From Raillietiella orientalis (taxonomy: Eukaryota): 64,000 nucleotides of DNA. This document shows, in pieces, positions 1 to 14,250 of the stretch (its first letter is position 1; each line of letters opens with the position of its first letter). The notes beneath the pieces were generated by a model. That model made no database searches and was not told where the DNA came from. It was given only the letters and a program-made list of their open reading frames with translations. The stretch is from the NCBI GenBank assembly GCA_036172245.1, contig JAYWIR010000042.1, positions 868,001 to 932,000 of the forward strand. Reading direction: 5' to 3'. The position numbers and the translations under genes are program-made.

Positions 1-2049
1 TCCGACTTTCTGAGATTGCAATCCAAAAGACTTGTACTATTGAACGGAACTATTCATGGAAAATCAAGAGGGAATGGTTGCAAGGTGCTTTGCCTTCTGA
101 GGAAGGAATCCACGATCCACCATCCCAAGGCATACCTGTGGGGTCAACAAAAAAGGTGCATGAAAGGATCGGAAAGGAGCTGACCAGTATCCAAGTGACC
201 TACGGATAGTCCTTTCCGGAATTTGTAAGACGCAGTATTTTTTTTCCATGCTATTCCTGGCTGCCTTTGATTCAGAAGCTCGGGTGCGGTCACCGAGTTC
301 TATAGAGCTTTAAGGGAAAAAAGGGATGGAAGGTTCAGGAAAAAGAAATCAGAAAGAGCACACTGTGGAGAAAAACATGACAAATTCTTTAATGAATTTG
401 TAAATGAGCAGGAGAGAGACCTAAAAGCATCTTTCCACGTTGAATGAATCGTTTTCTCAATAAGGTCTCCATCCTTGTTGCGAAGTCATGATGGATTGAT
501 TTCAAAAGTCACAGTGGAAGTTGGCGGTTTAAAGTCGACTCTTCAAATGATGGACAATTCCCATCTGAAATGATGCAGGTGAGATTTATTTCTTGGGACG
601 TTAGTTTCTTCTTTCAGAGCGCAAAAAGGAACCAAGAAGAGGATTCGTGCTTTTCCAGAGAAGTGAATAAACACGAAGATTATTGATGTCGAAAGAGTCC
701 CCATGAACTTGTATGTTTCCGATGTATTCAGGAAAAACAAATTGTGAGCAAGTGGTATACAAACATCCTGATTTTCATGGATGCATTGCATTCCAAAATG
801 ACGTTCAGTCAGTCCATCAAATTTCTAATTCATCCCTTTCATAGTACTTCCAGAAGACGGATGTTGATTCGTATTCTTATAGATACAGATTACTCTATCA
901 TCAGTTTTCAGAGGTGATAAGACCATTTGTAGCCTGGAAAGCTGCGAGCATTCTTCAATCCCGCAAGATGGATAGCTAACACGCCAATGCCGGTCAATGA
1001 GAAGTGCTGAATGAAGAAGTCTCCAGATTTTCTTGATTCTTCTTAGCCCCAAATACTGCAGCGTCACAAATCTTCTTGGATTAGGAGGGAAGCGAACGAT
1101 ATCGAGTGAAAGGACTTCACTGAGAGAGGAAACAAAGATTTCTATCCATCATCGCCAGCGTTGTCTTGCAGCGTTCTCCTTCCGGTCACTCCGAATTCGA
1201 GGACGAGTTCGATAGAAACAGCTGGATTGCGTTCTCTCCAGCCCAATTCTTCGTCATCACTGCCAGGATCAAGGTGAGGGATGAAGCATCAATTCTAAGA
1301 ATGTCAGTGTGGTGACTCCAGCTACAAGTGGCCAAACACTTGGAAATGAATCCTCAGTTCTGCCGCCATGCCGTGTTTGCTTCCGTGACCTCGAAAAAAT
1401 GAACATTCCAATCATCCGATATTCGAGCAAGTTAGAGATACACAAACATCCAAATCGAAATTAGAAAGATTAGAGGAAATTAGATCCACGTGGATCTCAT
1501 CAGCCACTGATGGCAGGTCTCAATAGCAAACATCCGGAGAAGAGACTGCTGCGTTTTTTTCGATTCAGTCCGATGCTGCTTTGGGGCTTTGTGTTTTTTG
1601 TCTTCTCCAAACGCATACACTTCCTACTTGCTTATTAGCTGTGCATGTCGTATACCAAAATTGAAGTTTTTTATAAAATTATGAAGACATCTATTGCATA
1701 TAAGGCAATCATTCAAGGAACAGATAGCATCTGTATCACATTAATTTTGTATTAAAGAAATGAAAGGCTTCTGTTCTCTTTGTCTTCTGTTCAGTGCTTC
1801 CTGAAGGACAAAATTGTGAACTGCACACTGATTCCGAGCACCACGAGGAACTTTTAAATAGGGTTTGGAAGTGCCTCAGGATCAGAGGGTCTCCTTCTAA
1901 TTATTTTCCTAAACAGAAAAACTCTAGTCAAATCCTTCTTAGGGAATGCAAGGAGTGTGGCTGGCAACAGGGACTCCTTAGGCATATTAAAACTCTACTT
2001 TTTGTGGCTTCAAGCCTCAGAACGGATTTATTTAATCGGTGTTCTTTCG

Positions 2050-3050
2050 TTATAGGGCATTCACACACAAAATGGCACATCGCACAGTGTGATAAACACT
2101 TAATTTTCCAAAGTTCTCAAATTTAAAGAGCTTCAGTTTTCCATTCGAAGCAGGTGAGGGTGCGATGGTTTGCCTTTTGGGAAGTTCTGGAGCGATCGCA
2201 GCCTTTGCAACATACACAGGAATCGTGTTTTCTCCAGAGCACAGCGCAGGGCTGGACTCTTCCTAGTGTATGATGCTTGCTGAGGGCCACGTATCCTCTG
2301 GACAAATGGGGCATGCAAAACAAGTGGTCTCTGGAGTGTAAGTTCAAGTCTCAGGACAACTGCTTGTTCACTCCCTCCATCGCACATGATGAAGATCCTT
2401 CCACCTTATTGATTCACTACTGCAAAGTCACATTATCGTATAAGGCAATACGAAGGCAACAAAATTCGTACACATTAAAGCAATCATTTAGGAATGCGAT
2501 TCCCATGGCAAGTGATCGATTCCATCCCAGTCCATTTGGAGACTACTGTACACTTCTTATGTAGGAAAATCGGCGCAGTGAGAGCCAGCAAAGTAGTTTG
2601 GAAAATTCTGTCTTTATGTATCTCGCTCAACAGTTTCCTCTGAATGTGCAACCTTGAATTTTGAAATATTCCAGTGCTTTAGTTAGTTACTACATGCAGC
2701 TGTGAGCTAGATCATAGTCAAAGCTACATAGGCTATGAAAACACATAACTGATGACATCAAGTGATGATATCATGACTTTTTTAGTAGACCATCGGGAAA
2801 CTGGAAGGCGTCATTCGTAGCTGAAACAGATATCGCCTGGAAAACCTATCTAATCACGAACCCATTTCTGGAAGGATGTGAAAGGCTACTACTTGCTACG
2901 CAGTAGAATATGAACATGCGGTCCACCAGTGTCCTAGGTGCGATCATCCAAGACAGCTCCTTAGAAATCCACGAATTTCAACTGTATTAGTATAGTTCAC
3001 ATAGTAGGCATCAATCAATCTATATGACATTGTGCCTCGCTGCCCAGTCA
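2050..3050 (-). mobile_element. Highly decayed piggyBac-like transposase remnant
   Basis: Minus strand ~2750-2800 reads SRWSTKKVMISSLDVI (cf. piggyBac RWxKKxFxxLLD). Cys-rich stretches lie downstream (HDSCVCCKGC, KCLSHCAMCHFVCEC). Many stops and frameshifts. Confidence 0.25.
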
Positions 3051-4039
3051 AGTCTGACGGTGCTGTTTCCATAGCAAACCATTCAGCGTCTCCATTGCAG
3101 CATCCATAATGGACACAAGGGTATAAGAATTAGCAAAAGGCAAATGCGAGGCAGTGTCAACACAAAATGAAGAAGGATCAAGCAACCAACGGTTGCACGT
3201 GTCCAGTCAATCATACTATGAGAAAAGGCGCAAAATCTTATTGCGATTCACTGTACTTCATTGCGAGGCGGAATCTAAAGCACACACATTAGGGATTACA
3301 CAGTTACACACACGATACATATGATTGGTGCGCGTAGCAGCTGAACATGAATTCCTTCCAGATGATTGTAGAGTCCCCACAAGAAACGTCTGCGGATTCA
3401 GTGGGCACGAGGGAGCAGTAAACAATCTCTCAGATTGAATTTCACCAGTAACTGGGGACAGGTACGTAGAAGATGGCGAATGCCTCTGGAATGCTTTACG
3501 GCTGCCAATGCAAGGTCGCGGAGCAGCGTTTTTTCATAGTTTGGTTCCGCCTCCGAAGGTGGCGGCTGCGACTGAATCATCACAAACCGACAGCCCCTCA
3601 GCCTCCTCGCCTTGCACGGGCCTTCCAGCCTCGCCTTTCCCAGAAGAGGCTTGTGGATGGCTTTCAAAAACAGTGGCGGGACGTTTGGGTGGTTCCACGA
3701 AAAGATTCCTACGCTCACCTTCATGCCCGAGAAGTCCAGCTTGCTATTGGTGATCGCGTCTGGCCGCATTCTGGAAAAGGCAGCGAATACATTATTGTGC
3801 TGTGTATCATATCCTGTATGTATGACAGCTAAACTGTACACTTGTAGAATGCTGACGTTTCTTTTGAGGAGGCTAATGCTTCAGTTCTCTTGAAAGTTTC
3901 AACGCTGACGCTTACCATTTAAAACGAATTTGTTGACATGGACACTGTGAGTTGACCCTGAGGCTGCGAGCTGCATCGACTTCCGCAGGCAAAGATCGAC
4001 ACAGCGGCTGGATTAAGTAAAAACCATATTTCGCGCTAC

Positions 4040-4560
4040 ATACATTATGGCATATCTGGTGTGATAAGGTGTGTGCAGTTGTGTAGCAAATACATAAGGA
4101 TTTATCGTATAGCTTTCACATTCATATGGAATTGTAATTACGATATCCAGGGTTTATATAATATGGAATACATAGCACAGTATACAGCATCGTAAATGCA
4201 ATGCAGTTTCTACATTATAGTGTGCACAGTATACATTGCATGCATTGTAAACTATCAGTTCAGCGCTCTCTGGTATATACAGCATAGTCATCTCATGTGC
4301 GGCATGAAATAATGCAATGTAGTGCTAATAGTGCACATAATACTATGGATGGAGTGCAATGAGCAGTATAATCTGTATATTGTATTGTGGAGTATATTAA
4401 ATGCCATGATATATAGTGCATCACCCATAGTGTGCTGTGCATAGTATAGTTTCTGTAACATAGCATACATTGCATGGTATGTATTGAATTGTAAATAGTA
4501 TAGTTTATTGCATACCTATTTACATGCAATGCAACATGATTACGCCTGAAATAGCATGAG
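4040..4560. repeat. AT-rich low-complexity tract (degenerate TACA/TATA/TGCA/TAGT simple repeat)
   Basis: Abrupt compositional shift with dense short motifs (tacat, atagt, tgcat, gtata) and no clean period. Confidence 0.6.
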
Positions 4561-4879
4561 GTTCTTTCTGAGCATATTTGAAATGCGTTTGTCTTGCAGT
4601 GGCGCTCACGTCTGACCACTGCCATTTTAAACCACAGAAAGTTGGGTCCATAGGGGTTGTAGCAGCAGGACCGAGGGTTCAGCTCAGAAATCTGCAGCTC
4701 CTCTTACCTGAGGGTTGCCTCAAAGGCCACGTCATGAATGGAGGAATCCACTTGTACTTCGAGGAGGAGAACCCAGGAGTTGGAGCGCTTCATTGGAAGG
4801 AAGGGGAATATTCCGACTGTCAGCGGAGCAATCAGTGGTGCCAGCAAACGTATCTCGTGTGTCCATAGAATTTTTCAGC

Positions 4880-5400
4880 TGCCTGCAAGTTGTGGCTCGT
4901 GGTTTTTATAGCAGATGCAGAATGCCCGGTCTTCCGAAAGGAACACCTGATCCTGCGGATCCTGCGGATAGATCACAGAAGCATCATCAGACATGCAAAA
5001 AGCCTCGTGAGACCAGCCGCTGAGCAGCAAAACCTTAATTGCAACCGCTTCATCTTGAGGGAAGATTCCCTCCGTTTCTTGAAGACAATCGCATCACCTG
5101 CAATGATCATTCCTTGCGCGCCATTTTCGATTAGCAATGTCTGGCCGTAAGGGAGGGAGGGATTTTTCTAACGCTCGTCGGATGACGTAGTCGTCTCTTG
5201 ATGGGAAGCCAAGAAGAATGGTGCGCTGTGCCTTCTTGGATTATTCGCGCAGAGCGCGTGATCCCGAACGTTCGCCAGCTGGATCGCGAATCGTTTCACC
5301 GGCTCATGGTCCACATTTCCGATGGAACCCTTCTAGCCCCACGATCGCTGTCCAGGACCCCTCTGCCAACGAAAGGGCCTTCGTGGGCGAATCCTTCACC
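4880..5400 (-). mobile_element. Decayed non-LTR ORF1 remnant (Tx1/L1-like)
   Basis: Minus strand reads RTILLGFPSRDDYVIRRALE, followed downstream by a broken knuckle-like motif (RCSFRKTGHSASA) near 4920-4950. Confidence 0.3.
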
Positions 5401-8400
5401 CACAAATCAGAACAGTCATACAATGCGGGAAATAATCTAGACAACGATCATTGATCGTGACTCTCTCTTGATGTGATCCGGGAGAAAACCATGGTCATGA
5501 AGCCATGCACATTCCCGACCGATTTCCGAACTCGCTGACTTTGGGGAAATTGAATTAATGGAGGAGTCGGGAAAGGGGAAGCGTTTAAGGAGATGAAAAA
5601 TTCGCCTCGCGATCAGCGCAAGTTATTAAAAGGTATTCTCGTGGTTTTCCGGGTCACGGATTAAGGGAAAACGCTTTTTCACGAAGTCGTTTAAGGACAG
5701 TTGAACAGGATCACTAGAATTAGGCAGCAGGAGTGGAATGTTCAGTCTAAATGCTATTCCTTCCATTCACATCTGAAGAGAAAATTAATGAGCTCAGAAG
5801 CACGGAATCGTGGCTTGCTGGAAGTCTGCAAACCAAGTCATCAGTGACCTATCTGAAACAAGGTGCAACAAACAGCCTGACCACTGAGCTAACCACTATA
5901 GGCATTAGTTGGAGAATTTTTCGGTGTGCCATTGGCTCTTTCCTTTTCTTTTTTTTTGAAAAAAGGCTATTCATTCCTTCCTTCAAAGGTAATGGGGCTT
6001 AGAGAAGGAAGAGGCAAGGGAGAGAAAGAATGGTGCTTCTAGATTCTTTCCAGGGAGAGAGAAGCTTCATAGCCAGTAACTAGTGCTCTGAATGTTTTTA
6101 CCTCTTTCGCCTCCAAAGAAAGAGCGTGGGAGCCACGTGATCTGCGCAAGTTCATTTGCACTTCAGAATGGCCAAAAAACGCCATCGGCTGATCATGTAT
6201 TGTAGCAATAACCTAAGTCTCGGTAGCAGCATAGGATTGAGCCCTTGCAGAAGGTCGGACAAGAGACGACTACTTCCTTCATTTCAATCAGGAGAAATGG
6301 TCTTCTCCTGTTAGACTCAGATCTGGAGAATGAGAAAGCTCCAAAACATCCATCTCCTGCAGCTATCGGGGAATATGAGAAAAAGTGGGATTCAATACAG
6401 TGAAGAGGAACACACAGCTACTCTATTAGAGTCGACAAACGCAGGTGGAACGGCAGCTGAAGATTCTAACAAGAGCAGGTCATGAATTGTTCTCCTGACT
6501 CTCATTCTCATGTGTCAACTAAGACGGTTAGGGACTACTTGTGGCGGAAATGCGTGCATAGTAGTTTGAGATCTCTCACTTGAAGAATGGATCCGGGAAG
6601 AGCAGAGAAGCAGAACCCGGATCTCGATGCTGAGGAGAACAGCTATCCATGTGGCTACAAACGACACGGATAAGCTGGTGGTTGAACGAGAGGTGCTGGT
6701 TAACGTGATGGCGGCGCTGGAAGGATTCTTTTATACAACGAGCGTCTGTGTTATCCCAATTCAGTCAGACGAGCGGACAACGCGCATTAGATTCGAGGAA
6801 AGCCGAGGCACGAACCGGGAAAGCATTCTTTGCTGATTCTGGTTCTGTCAGAATTAGCAAGGGTAAAGAAGAGACCCAAAGATAGAGTTGGAATTCTGGC
6901 TGGGGAAGGGGGATTCCAAGGATTGAGGTGAAGGAATGGATTAGTCTAAGGGAATGGTTACGGCCACAGAAACCAAGGGACTTTCGTGGTTAGGAGGAAG
7001 TGAGAGGACTTGAATTATGCCGTCTACCTGATGCACAAAGAGTGCAAGGTGGAGGAGAGCAACGATATCAGTAATAAAGTGCAAGAACTTTCCCTCAAGA
7101 TACTCAGTGGCTCCAGAAAGTTTTTCTAAAGGAAGGCAGATATGAGATCGTTGCGCAGCTGCTTGAGTAGCTCGAAGAATTATGAGACTTCACTTTGATC
7201 AGAAGAACGGTGGATTCCGAGTTGACTAGGCGAAATCGTCAAAGGCTCACGCGACATCAGGCACACCAGCGTGCACGTGAGCAGCTGCACAGAGGATTTT
7301 TGGCATAGAAGGGTACATTGCTGCATGATAATTCTTTGTTCATAAGATATCAGAGGATTCTTGCTTCCAGGAGTTGATGCATTCTTGGCGCGGTCTGCCT
7401 ACCTCTCCTCGCTAACAGCATCCAGACTCACACGTTCACGACAGATCCTGGAAGACGGAAAACGTTTCTAAGAGTCACCAGATGTAGCGCGATGAGTATT
7501 CGTGCCGCAGGATTCCGATCTCTGCTGGTAACAGAAGACTTCAAATTGGCGGATAGTGGAAGACGTCATCTCACGACGAAGGGAAACCACCGCCGTCTAC
7601 CGATTGCTGCTTAGACCTGTCTGGGAAGAATGTTTCGATCCCTTGAAAAACGGTGTTCCCTCGTTTCTCTCTTCTTTCCCTTTTCCTACGAGGTTCTCTC
7701 GTAGGGAAATTGGAATCATTCCCTACGCTGCTCCGTCAGATGCCGCCTAGAGGACTAAGAAAATCAATTCCCAAACTCCCCATTTTTCTCGGAGGGAGAA
7801 GATCGATACTTTTTCAAGACTTCGCGGATTTTAAGGAGCCTTTCCGGAAAGTGATGGTGGCAACTGGGCGCCGGCCGAAGATTTCAGAAGCGCAGCCGAG
7901 AAATTGAAATAGTTGGTGAGTAGCTGGGCTACCTCTCTCGAAGATCCGATGGATTCAACCTCTTCATTGGGAAAGTACTGTGGAGTGGTTCCTCACCTCC
8001 CAGAGAACTCTTCGCTAGATTCGCTCCTTCCGTTTTCTGGTAACTTCTCAAACAGCACTTCATCTCTGAGCTAGAGGATTCCTTCCTGTGCCTGTGTCAC
8101 ATAGTGACGAAACCCCAAACGCCATAGGTGAAAACCTGCCGCATATTCGATGAAGAGGGTGCCCTAACAACGTTGGAAATCACCAATCACAATGAAGCAG
8201 AAGAAAGGGAGGAGAGAAAAGGTCTGCCACCTTCCCATCCGTCACGAGAGACAGTCCTTTTCAGGTGGACCAGCTCGCGGCTCCGGACGCGCTCCCGTTC
8301 GCGTATCCCGGGAGGAGGAGGAAGGGCAACGAGGATGCAGGACCTACTCCACGCATCCCCCGAAGCGGAGTGTTCAGAAGCACGAGTTCCTTCTGAAGGA

Positions 8401-8774
8401 TGAAGCGGGACGGTAGCCCACCCGGTCGCTTCATTTCTTAGGATGCTGCTGGAACGCTCCCAGTCCGTCTGAGGCAGCCACAGACGCACCTTACATCTTC
8501 TTGTTGAGAATGCTCAGAGACAACCAGGCAGGACCAACGAGGAAGCCCAAGACATAAACGGACTTCAGCTTCTCCTCGTCTTGCTCTGTGCAACAGTCCA
8601 GACCCTTTCCCACAATCTTCTCTCTTCATTTAGTGAACGGAGGGATCGCTCAGAGTGAACGAGCTGACACCTCTGTATTCTCTGCCACCTTGTTGTTCGT
8701 GTCTGTGCCCCCTAGCATTTCATATGGATGCTTGGAAACCATTTCCGGGTTCTGTTTTCCTTGCCTTCTTTAAA

Positions 8775-9490
8775 GTTTCTTTTTTTTTTTCCCTGCTTTC
8801 TGGACACTAGAGAACCGTTTGCCTCTCCTGGGAGGGAGGCTCACAAAGCTCTTCAACACTGTCCACGCCACCCGAGGCTTCATGTACAATGTACAAGATG
8901 GGGACGTTCCTGGGAAGGGACCACCCTGTGAATGCAGAAAGGCTTCGGAGGAAGGAGTTCGTTCCTCTTACTCTTGGAACGGAATCCTCTCCCTGGTTGC
9001 CTCCGAAGTGAACCCTAAAAAGAGCCCTTTTTTTGTTCTCTCTGGAGTGACCACCCGTAGGCGTCCATTGCATTATTTCTTCTCCGGAGGGACCCTCCGG
9101 AAAGGATGCTCCTTGTTTCCTCCTCCTCTGAAGAGAACCCCGAAGGGACGCTTCCGAATTTCTCTGAAGGAGGCGCTCCCCCAAGAAAGCAGGGCGCTTT
9201 TTGCACTGTGGTGGAGCAATCCCCGAAGGGAGTATCAACCAGCTCCATGACACGCGATTAGCGTTCTCCGAGGGGAGGACGGCTCCATTTTCACAACCGG
9301 AGCAGCCCTGAAGGAAACTGGCACTCCTGGAAGAACCCCGGATAGCCGGTGAATGGGCGCATCCGATTTGCTCCTTCCACCAACACTGCACCTGAAACTT
9401 ACAGGATAACCTGAGCTTCTATTGAACCCATAGATTGAGAGCACCCTTCTGAACGTCCAAGAACGAGTACCAGCCGATGCGGATGTGGGC
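8775..9490 (-). mobile_element. tRNA-derived SINE-like element, copy 1
   Basis: Poly(T) at 8779-8790 is the A-tail. The core cactgtccacgccacccgagg (~8858) is shared with the 16.2 kb copy and, reverse-complemented, with the 34.3/53.9/58.0 kb copies. A degenerate head lies at 9420-9490. Confidence 0.8.
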
Positions 9491-9699
9491 GAAGATGATT
9501 TTTCTGCAGGTGGTTCCATAAATCCATGCAGAACAAGGCAACGCACGGGATAAGATCTGCTCCCTGGATAGCCAAAAACCGATAAAAAGCTGCATTCCAG
9601 AAGGAAAGAACGCCCACGCACGCACCACTCTAACGCTCATAGGATGGGGGGGAAGGGGAAGCAACTGAGAGCAGTTCCTGTCGGGGAAGCACCCAGGGC

Positions 9700-10760
9700 A
9701 ACTCGTTTCGGAGCCTGGGTCATTTTCATCCGAAGAGGATTTATCACGACTCCGTCCTCACCCTTCTGATGGTGGGAGCTTGGACGCCAAAGGGCGGGTC
9801 TAAAAGTCATTAGCGATTCCTGGAGAGAGTGTGCGCAAGAGCTGGAAATTTTGGAAGCAGCAAAATGGCGAGGGAGCTTCGTAGCGTGAAGACTTCACTC
9901 AGTCTCTCATCATCGGTCTCTTCTTTACCGTCTAAACGCCATGGATCGAACGCACATCAGGTCTTTTGAAACTCGTAGGAAAGACTCCAGCTGGATGAAT
10001 CCTTCGTCTACGAGGGCATCCCTACGTTATGAAGAAGGGAAGGACCGGCTATTGCTTCCTCCACTTTCTCTTCCTCCTGACCCTTGGTTTGGGAAAACTG
10101 GACTCCGGAGGAATAACGGAGGTTGCTGGATTGGTTCGGATGGGACACCAATCAGTGTGCTTATTGTTTTCTCCGACCCTTAAAGCAGCCATGGAGTGCG
10201 ATTGCCAGAGAAACCATGAGAGAGGACGGTATGCAAGCAGTGTTGCCGATCCGAAAACCTCGTGATCAGAATGTAGCTGTCACGTGTGAAACAGCAGCAG
10301 AAAGCCGACCCGGAAATGCAAGGCCGTGAGGATGAAACCACGTCTCGGGGACGGACTGCCGCTCGAGGAGTTTGCGTAACATTGCAAAAGAAAAGAAACG
10401 CTGAAGTTACAGCAAAGGAGAACTCGATCACGGAACTCTTTGGATCAACTGCTGGTCCCGCGAAAATCCGTAAAGTCTCCACCTTCGAGGAGAAGGCAAT
10501 CTGATGAAATGAAAGAAAGGAGACGTCAGAATAGAGTGACAGGATCAGCAGCAATGTGAACCTGAAGACTTGGTACACTCTGAGCTCATGATGGACTCTG
10601 AATGATGAAAACACCGATTCCGACGTTGATAAGTTACACTGTTGATGTGAACAGTTTGAATTCGTGGACATAAGGACGAGGTAAAGGAAAACTTGATGTC
10701 TGTAAGAGAGATGCAGTAAATATTCAATATTCATCTTTAGAAGTTCTGCAGGTGCAGAGC
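9700..10760 (+). mobile_element. Decayed pogo/Tigger-like transposase remnant
   Basis: Ordered fragments DSSWMN (cf. SGWM), LLLPPLS and FLRPLKQPW (cf. FxPLKxxW), then a basic tract and an acidic/Cys-containing tail. Confidence 0.3.
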
Positions 10761-11371
10761 AACGCACTCCTTGGAGTGTAGAAACAAAAAGCACACATCT
10801 CTTGTCTGTTTGGAAAAAAAAAGATACCAGGATTAGCCTTCACCACATGTAATATGCCTAGAACACAAGTTTTCGCCTTTCCTTCGTTCTTAGGAAGAAC
10901 TTGAAAAATTGGTTGGAAGGACGATGAAGCATTCCAGAATGGCTGTTGAGGAGCAAAACACCTTGGAGATTTGGCAACTGGGAAAAAAGCTGGTATTTAG
11001 ACTTTGCACCAAAAAAGGTTCCAAACCACGATTGCGTTCTAAAACAAAATAATCTTGTATGCTAAATCTCTGAAAGGAGGGGTACCAAGGAGAATGAATT
11101 CCCATCATCGCTTTTATGCTTTCTAAGACGCGGCTCCTGATTTGACTCTGTGAGGAGCATGTCATCCAGAGACAAGTAAGCATGAGCTCAAAGCACCAAT
11201 AATTCCAAAAGCATGAATAAATCAATCATGCACTTATGAAATTGGTGTTTATAATCGACACATAAAAGGTCACAGTCTAAGTTGTTAGCGGGTCCTCACG
11301 TGGAGTCCATCACATTGCTGGAATGATGAGTCGAGAAATTCTCTGTGCTATGATAGAATGCACTTGGGACT

Positions 11372-11400
11372 TGAGGTACTCGATAGCATCGAGTACCTCA
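11372..11400. repeat. Perfect 13-bp inverted repeat with 3-nt loop
   Basis: tgaggtactcgat-agc-atcgagtacctca. Confidence 0.9.
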
Positions 11401-11599
11401 GCTGTTTTCTGATTAATAATCCTCAGTTTTGAAAATTGGTTGCATTGTGGTACTTTGAATGTTTACCAGAAAAATTCACAGCTTCCGGATGAACCATGGG
11501 TGTGCTTTTCATTACCTGAAATGAGTTTCCGAATCTAACGATTCCGGAAAGATCAGCATAGTCACCAAATAACGCTTTCTGGTCGAAATCCAGTGGGCC

Positions 11600-12200
11600 C
11601 TGGGCCCTGAAGTGCGTAAATAATGAATTTAAGAAAATCCAGCTTCATTCGGAAATTGAAAAACTCTATTCCCAGCAAGTGGTCCTGGGATTAGACTAGA
11701 AGTTGCTGAAGTGCAACACCTAGAACGCATGCTGAGGCGGTTTTGGAAACACTTCCCATCACTGATGCAATGCGCATGGATTTCGAGAGCGTTCCCCATG
11801 GCTACAGGGGCATCCAAACTGATCCATCAGGGAAGCCATTCCATAAAGGTCTCGGCCCGCACCGAATCTGCAACATGTGATCCTGCCCACAAACGAAAAA
11901 GGCGTGTCGAAATTTCTTGACTAATAAAGCTGTCGTTGGAGTTTGCGGAAATGAGCTCATTAAAAAAACGAGGCTGAAGCATTGGGTGAAGCACTGCCGG
12001 CTGTGTTCATGCCTGACGGCGAAGTTGCAATCAGTCTTTCTAGATGGATGGCCTTTCTCTTAACAATTCATGATCTCGTTAAAGTCATCACAGCCCACTC
12101 TGCTTGACTGCATGATCTCCACGTGACCATGGACTGGCAACGAATTTCCCTCACTTGCAACTTTCGCATCAGTACATTTGCAGCACAATTTATTTCGTAA
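11600..12200 (-). mobile_element. Decayed hAT (ZMYM1/THAP12-type) transposase remnant
   Basis: Minus-strand fragments in the expected order: NSLPVHGHVE (cf. LPLRGHxE), FNELIS (cf. IQNELI), IHAHC...NRLS (cf. YVHCxAHxLNL). Confidence 0.35.
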
Positions 12201-13619
12201 TTTCACCTGACCACCATCGCAGGGAAGCACCTTGGAAACACCGGATGCGCTTCACCCGCTTGGTGCAAGGTTTCTTTACGACAAGGGGGGAAAGGTCAAA
12301 TCCGTCGGTTCAGAGTCCACAGTGAAAATTTGAACACCCAATCCATTTAGGGATACATGGAAAGTCCACTTCCGTGTGTACACACGTTTAAGATTTTGTG
12401 ATCTCACGGAAAATCCGGGACGGTATAGCCAAGCTTGCTCGATTTATAGCCGAATGTAATCGCTTTGGTTTTCGTGGTCGCGCCGACATGTGCAGTATGT
12501 AATCCTAGACCTTATCTCAGAAATGAGCGCAGTTCTGGAATGCCCATTCTATTTTATCTCAAAAATACTCACTTCAGCTCAAATTAATAAGGCGATAATT
12601 CGAATCGGCATCTCGGTGTTGGATGCGATAGCCTTGGCTTCTTTCTCAGGGCACCTAATGATTCTCTTCATCTACCTTTTTTTTTTTTTTTTTTCAAATC
12701 CATGAAAATTTCTCTAGAACTCTTCGGAGATTCGTCTTGAAGTGGAATTTCAAGAACGCAGTCACGTCGTGGCACTTATCGACGGCGCTAAGTTGTTGAG
12801 ATGAAGTTGCATTTTGACGATTCCGCCCTTCGGACGGGACTCATAGGACGCACGGAGACTCCAGAGCGCAATTCTCATCACCACGTGGGTACCGTTGCTC
12901 ATGGAACCCATTCACGGAGGCCCAGGTCGTATCCCAAAATGAAGCTTCCGTTGAAAGCAGATGGAAAGTGAAATCTCATGTGCCGAGAATGATGAACTTC
13001 CTCGGAGCTGCGCTTCTGGATGCTCGTGGATCTTTATCAGCAAATGCATCATATAGCCTTTCTTCTATCTCCCGTCCTGGAAGCTTTTTGGTTGGAACAG
13101 ATTTCGTCAGTCATACCGCAGCTTGCCAGATATGATACATACTGCTGGTAGTTTTTTGTCTGGCTTCCAAGCGTCCTAACATCATGCTTTCTTTGTTCCT
13201 CAAGATTTGAACGAATTGTGATATCATCGCATGGAATCTTCATTCAAACATGAAGGTATTGGTTGCCCTATTTGTTCAGGTTCATTCGCGTGTGCTGTTT
13301 TCCCTTCTCCTCCGCATTTTTCTCCTCCGTTTCCAATTATCTTTGCTACTGTGGAGCCGGCCATACTGCCGCAGACTTCTTGAGCAAAGGAAAAGGGAAT
13401 GAAAAAACCAAATTTCTGTTGAAGTGTCATCACAGCTCATCTTAAAAGCTTTGCTCTGTCCGGTTAGATTTCGCATCCAATGAGATGGTTCTCAGCTCCG
13501 GAACTTTTGCTCGTCCTACCTGTCAGTCAGAGGACCGTCAGATGCCTCCGGTCGTTGAGGTTTTAGACTTTGAAGCTTCTACTTTCACGAACTATTGCTT
13601 ACCAGTTTGATAGGGCTCT

Positions 13620-14250
13620 CATGTGATTTTATTGATTCGACGAAATTCACTACAAATAGCTCGAGATAACTGCATCTTAGGGTGCTGAACTGCAGTGAAA
13701 ACAGGAAGTTCAGGCAACGGTTCATGCAGCAAGATAAGCGCTAACTTAAGAAGTCTCCAAAGCGTTGGGTTACGGCTGATATCCAAATTATGGGGAATCT
13801 TTCGTGATTTCACGTTGCTTCTTTGGTCTTGCTGAGCTCTTCCTGACACGTAATGATGAAAGAGAGAGAACATCGCGATGGAGAGTTCGTCTTTTGATAC
13901 AGTATCCACCCACAGTATCCCTTCTCTTAAGAACTCTTCTTTTCTCCCAGATCCTCGGCTGATTCTGTTCCTTCCTTTCAAACTGCGAGATTCGCTCCAC
14001 AGAGGGGTTGTGGTGGCTCTTCCAAACAGTTCTTTGCGAAGGCCTTCCCGCCTTCAGGCTCCCACTGCTAATTCTATAAACTGAGCATTGCAACATGGGA
14101 GCTGAGCGAAGTGATCGCGAATCCGAACACAAGAAAATGAGAGATCGAACTTGCTCCCGGCCACCAACCTGTGACTTGACCATAATACGGGGAAATTTGT
14201 CCCTATGAAGGAAGAACTGCTGAGGGATTTGAACTTTGACAGCATGCTGA
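13620..14250 (-). mobile_element. Decayed hAT transposase remnant
   Basis: ORF 14054-14245 reads LVAGSK...LPCCNAQFIELAV (cf. VMAGxxxG...HCxAHRLELAV). Confidence 0.3.

Noticed and set aside
1482..1497. 16-bp palindrome agatccacgtggatct
   Set aside because: About one 8-bp-arm palindrome is expected by chance in 64 kb.
830..1500. Possible minus-strand RT remnant (LQYLGL, VAGV)
   Set aside because: The motifs are too degraded to support a call.
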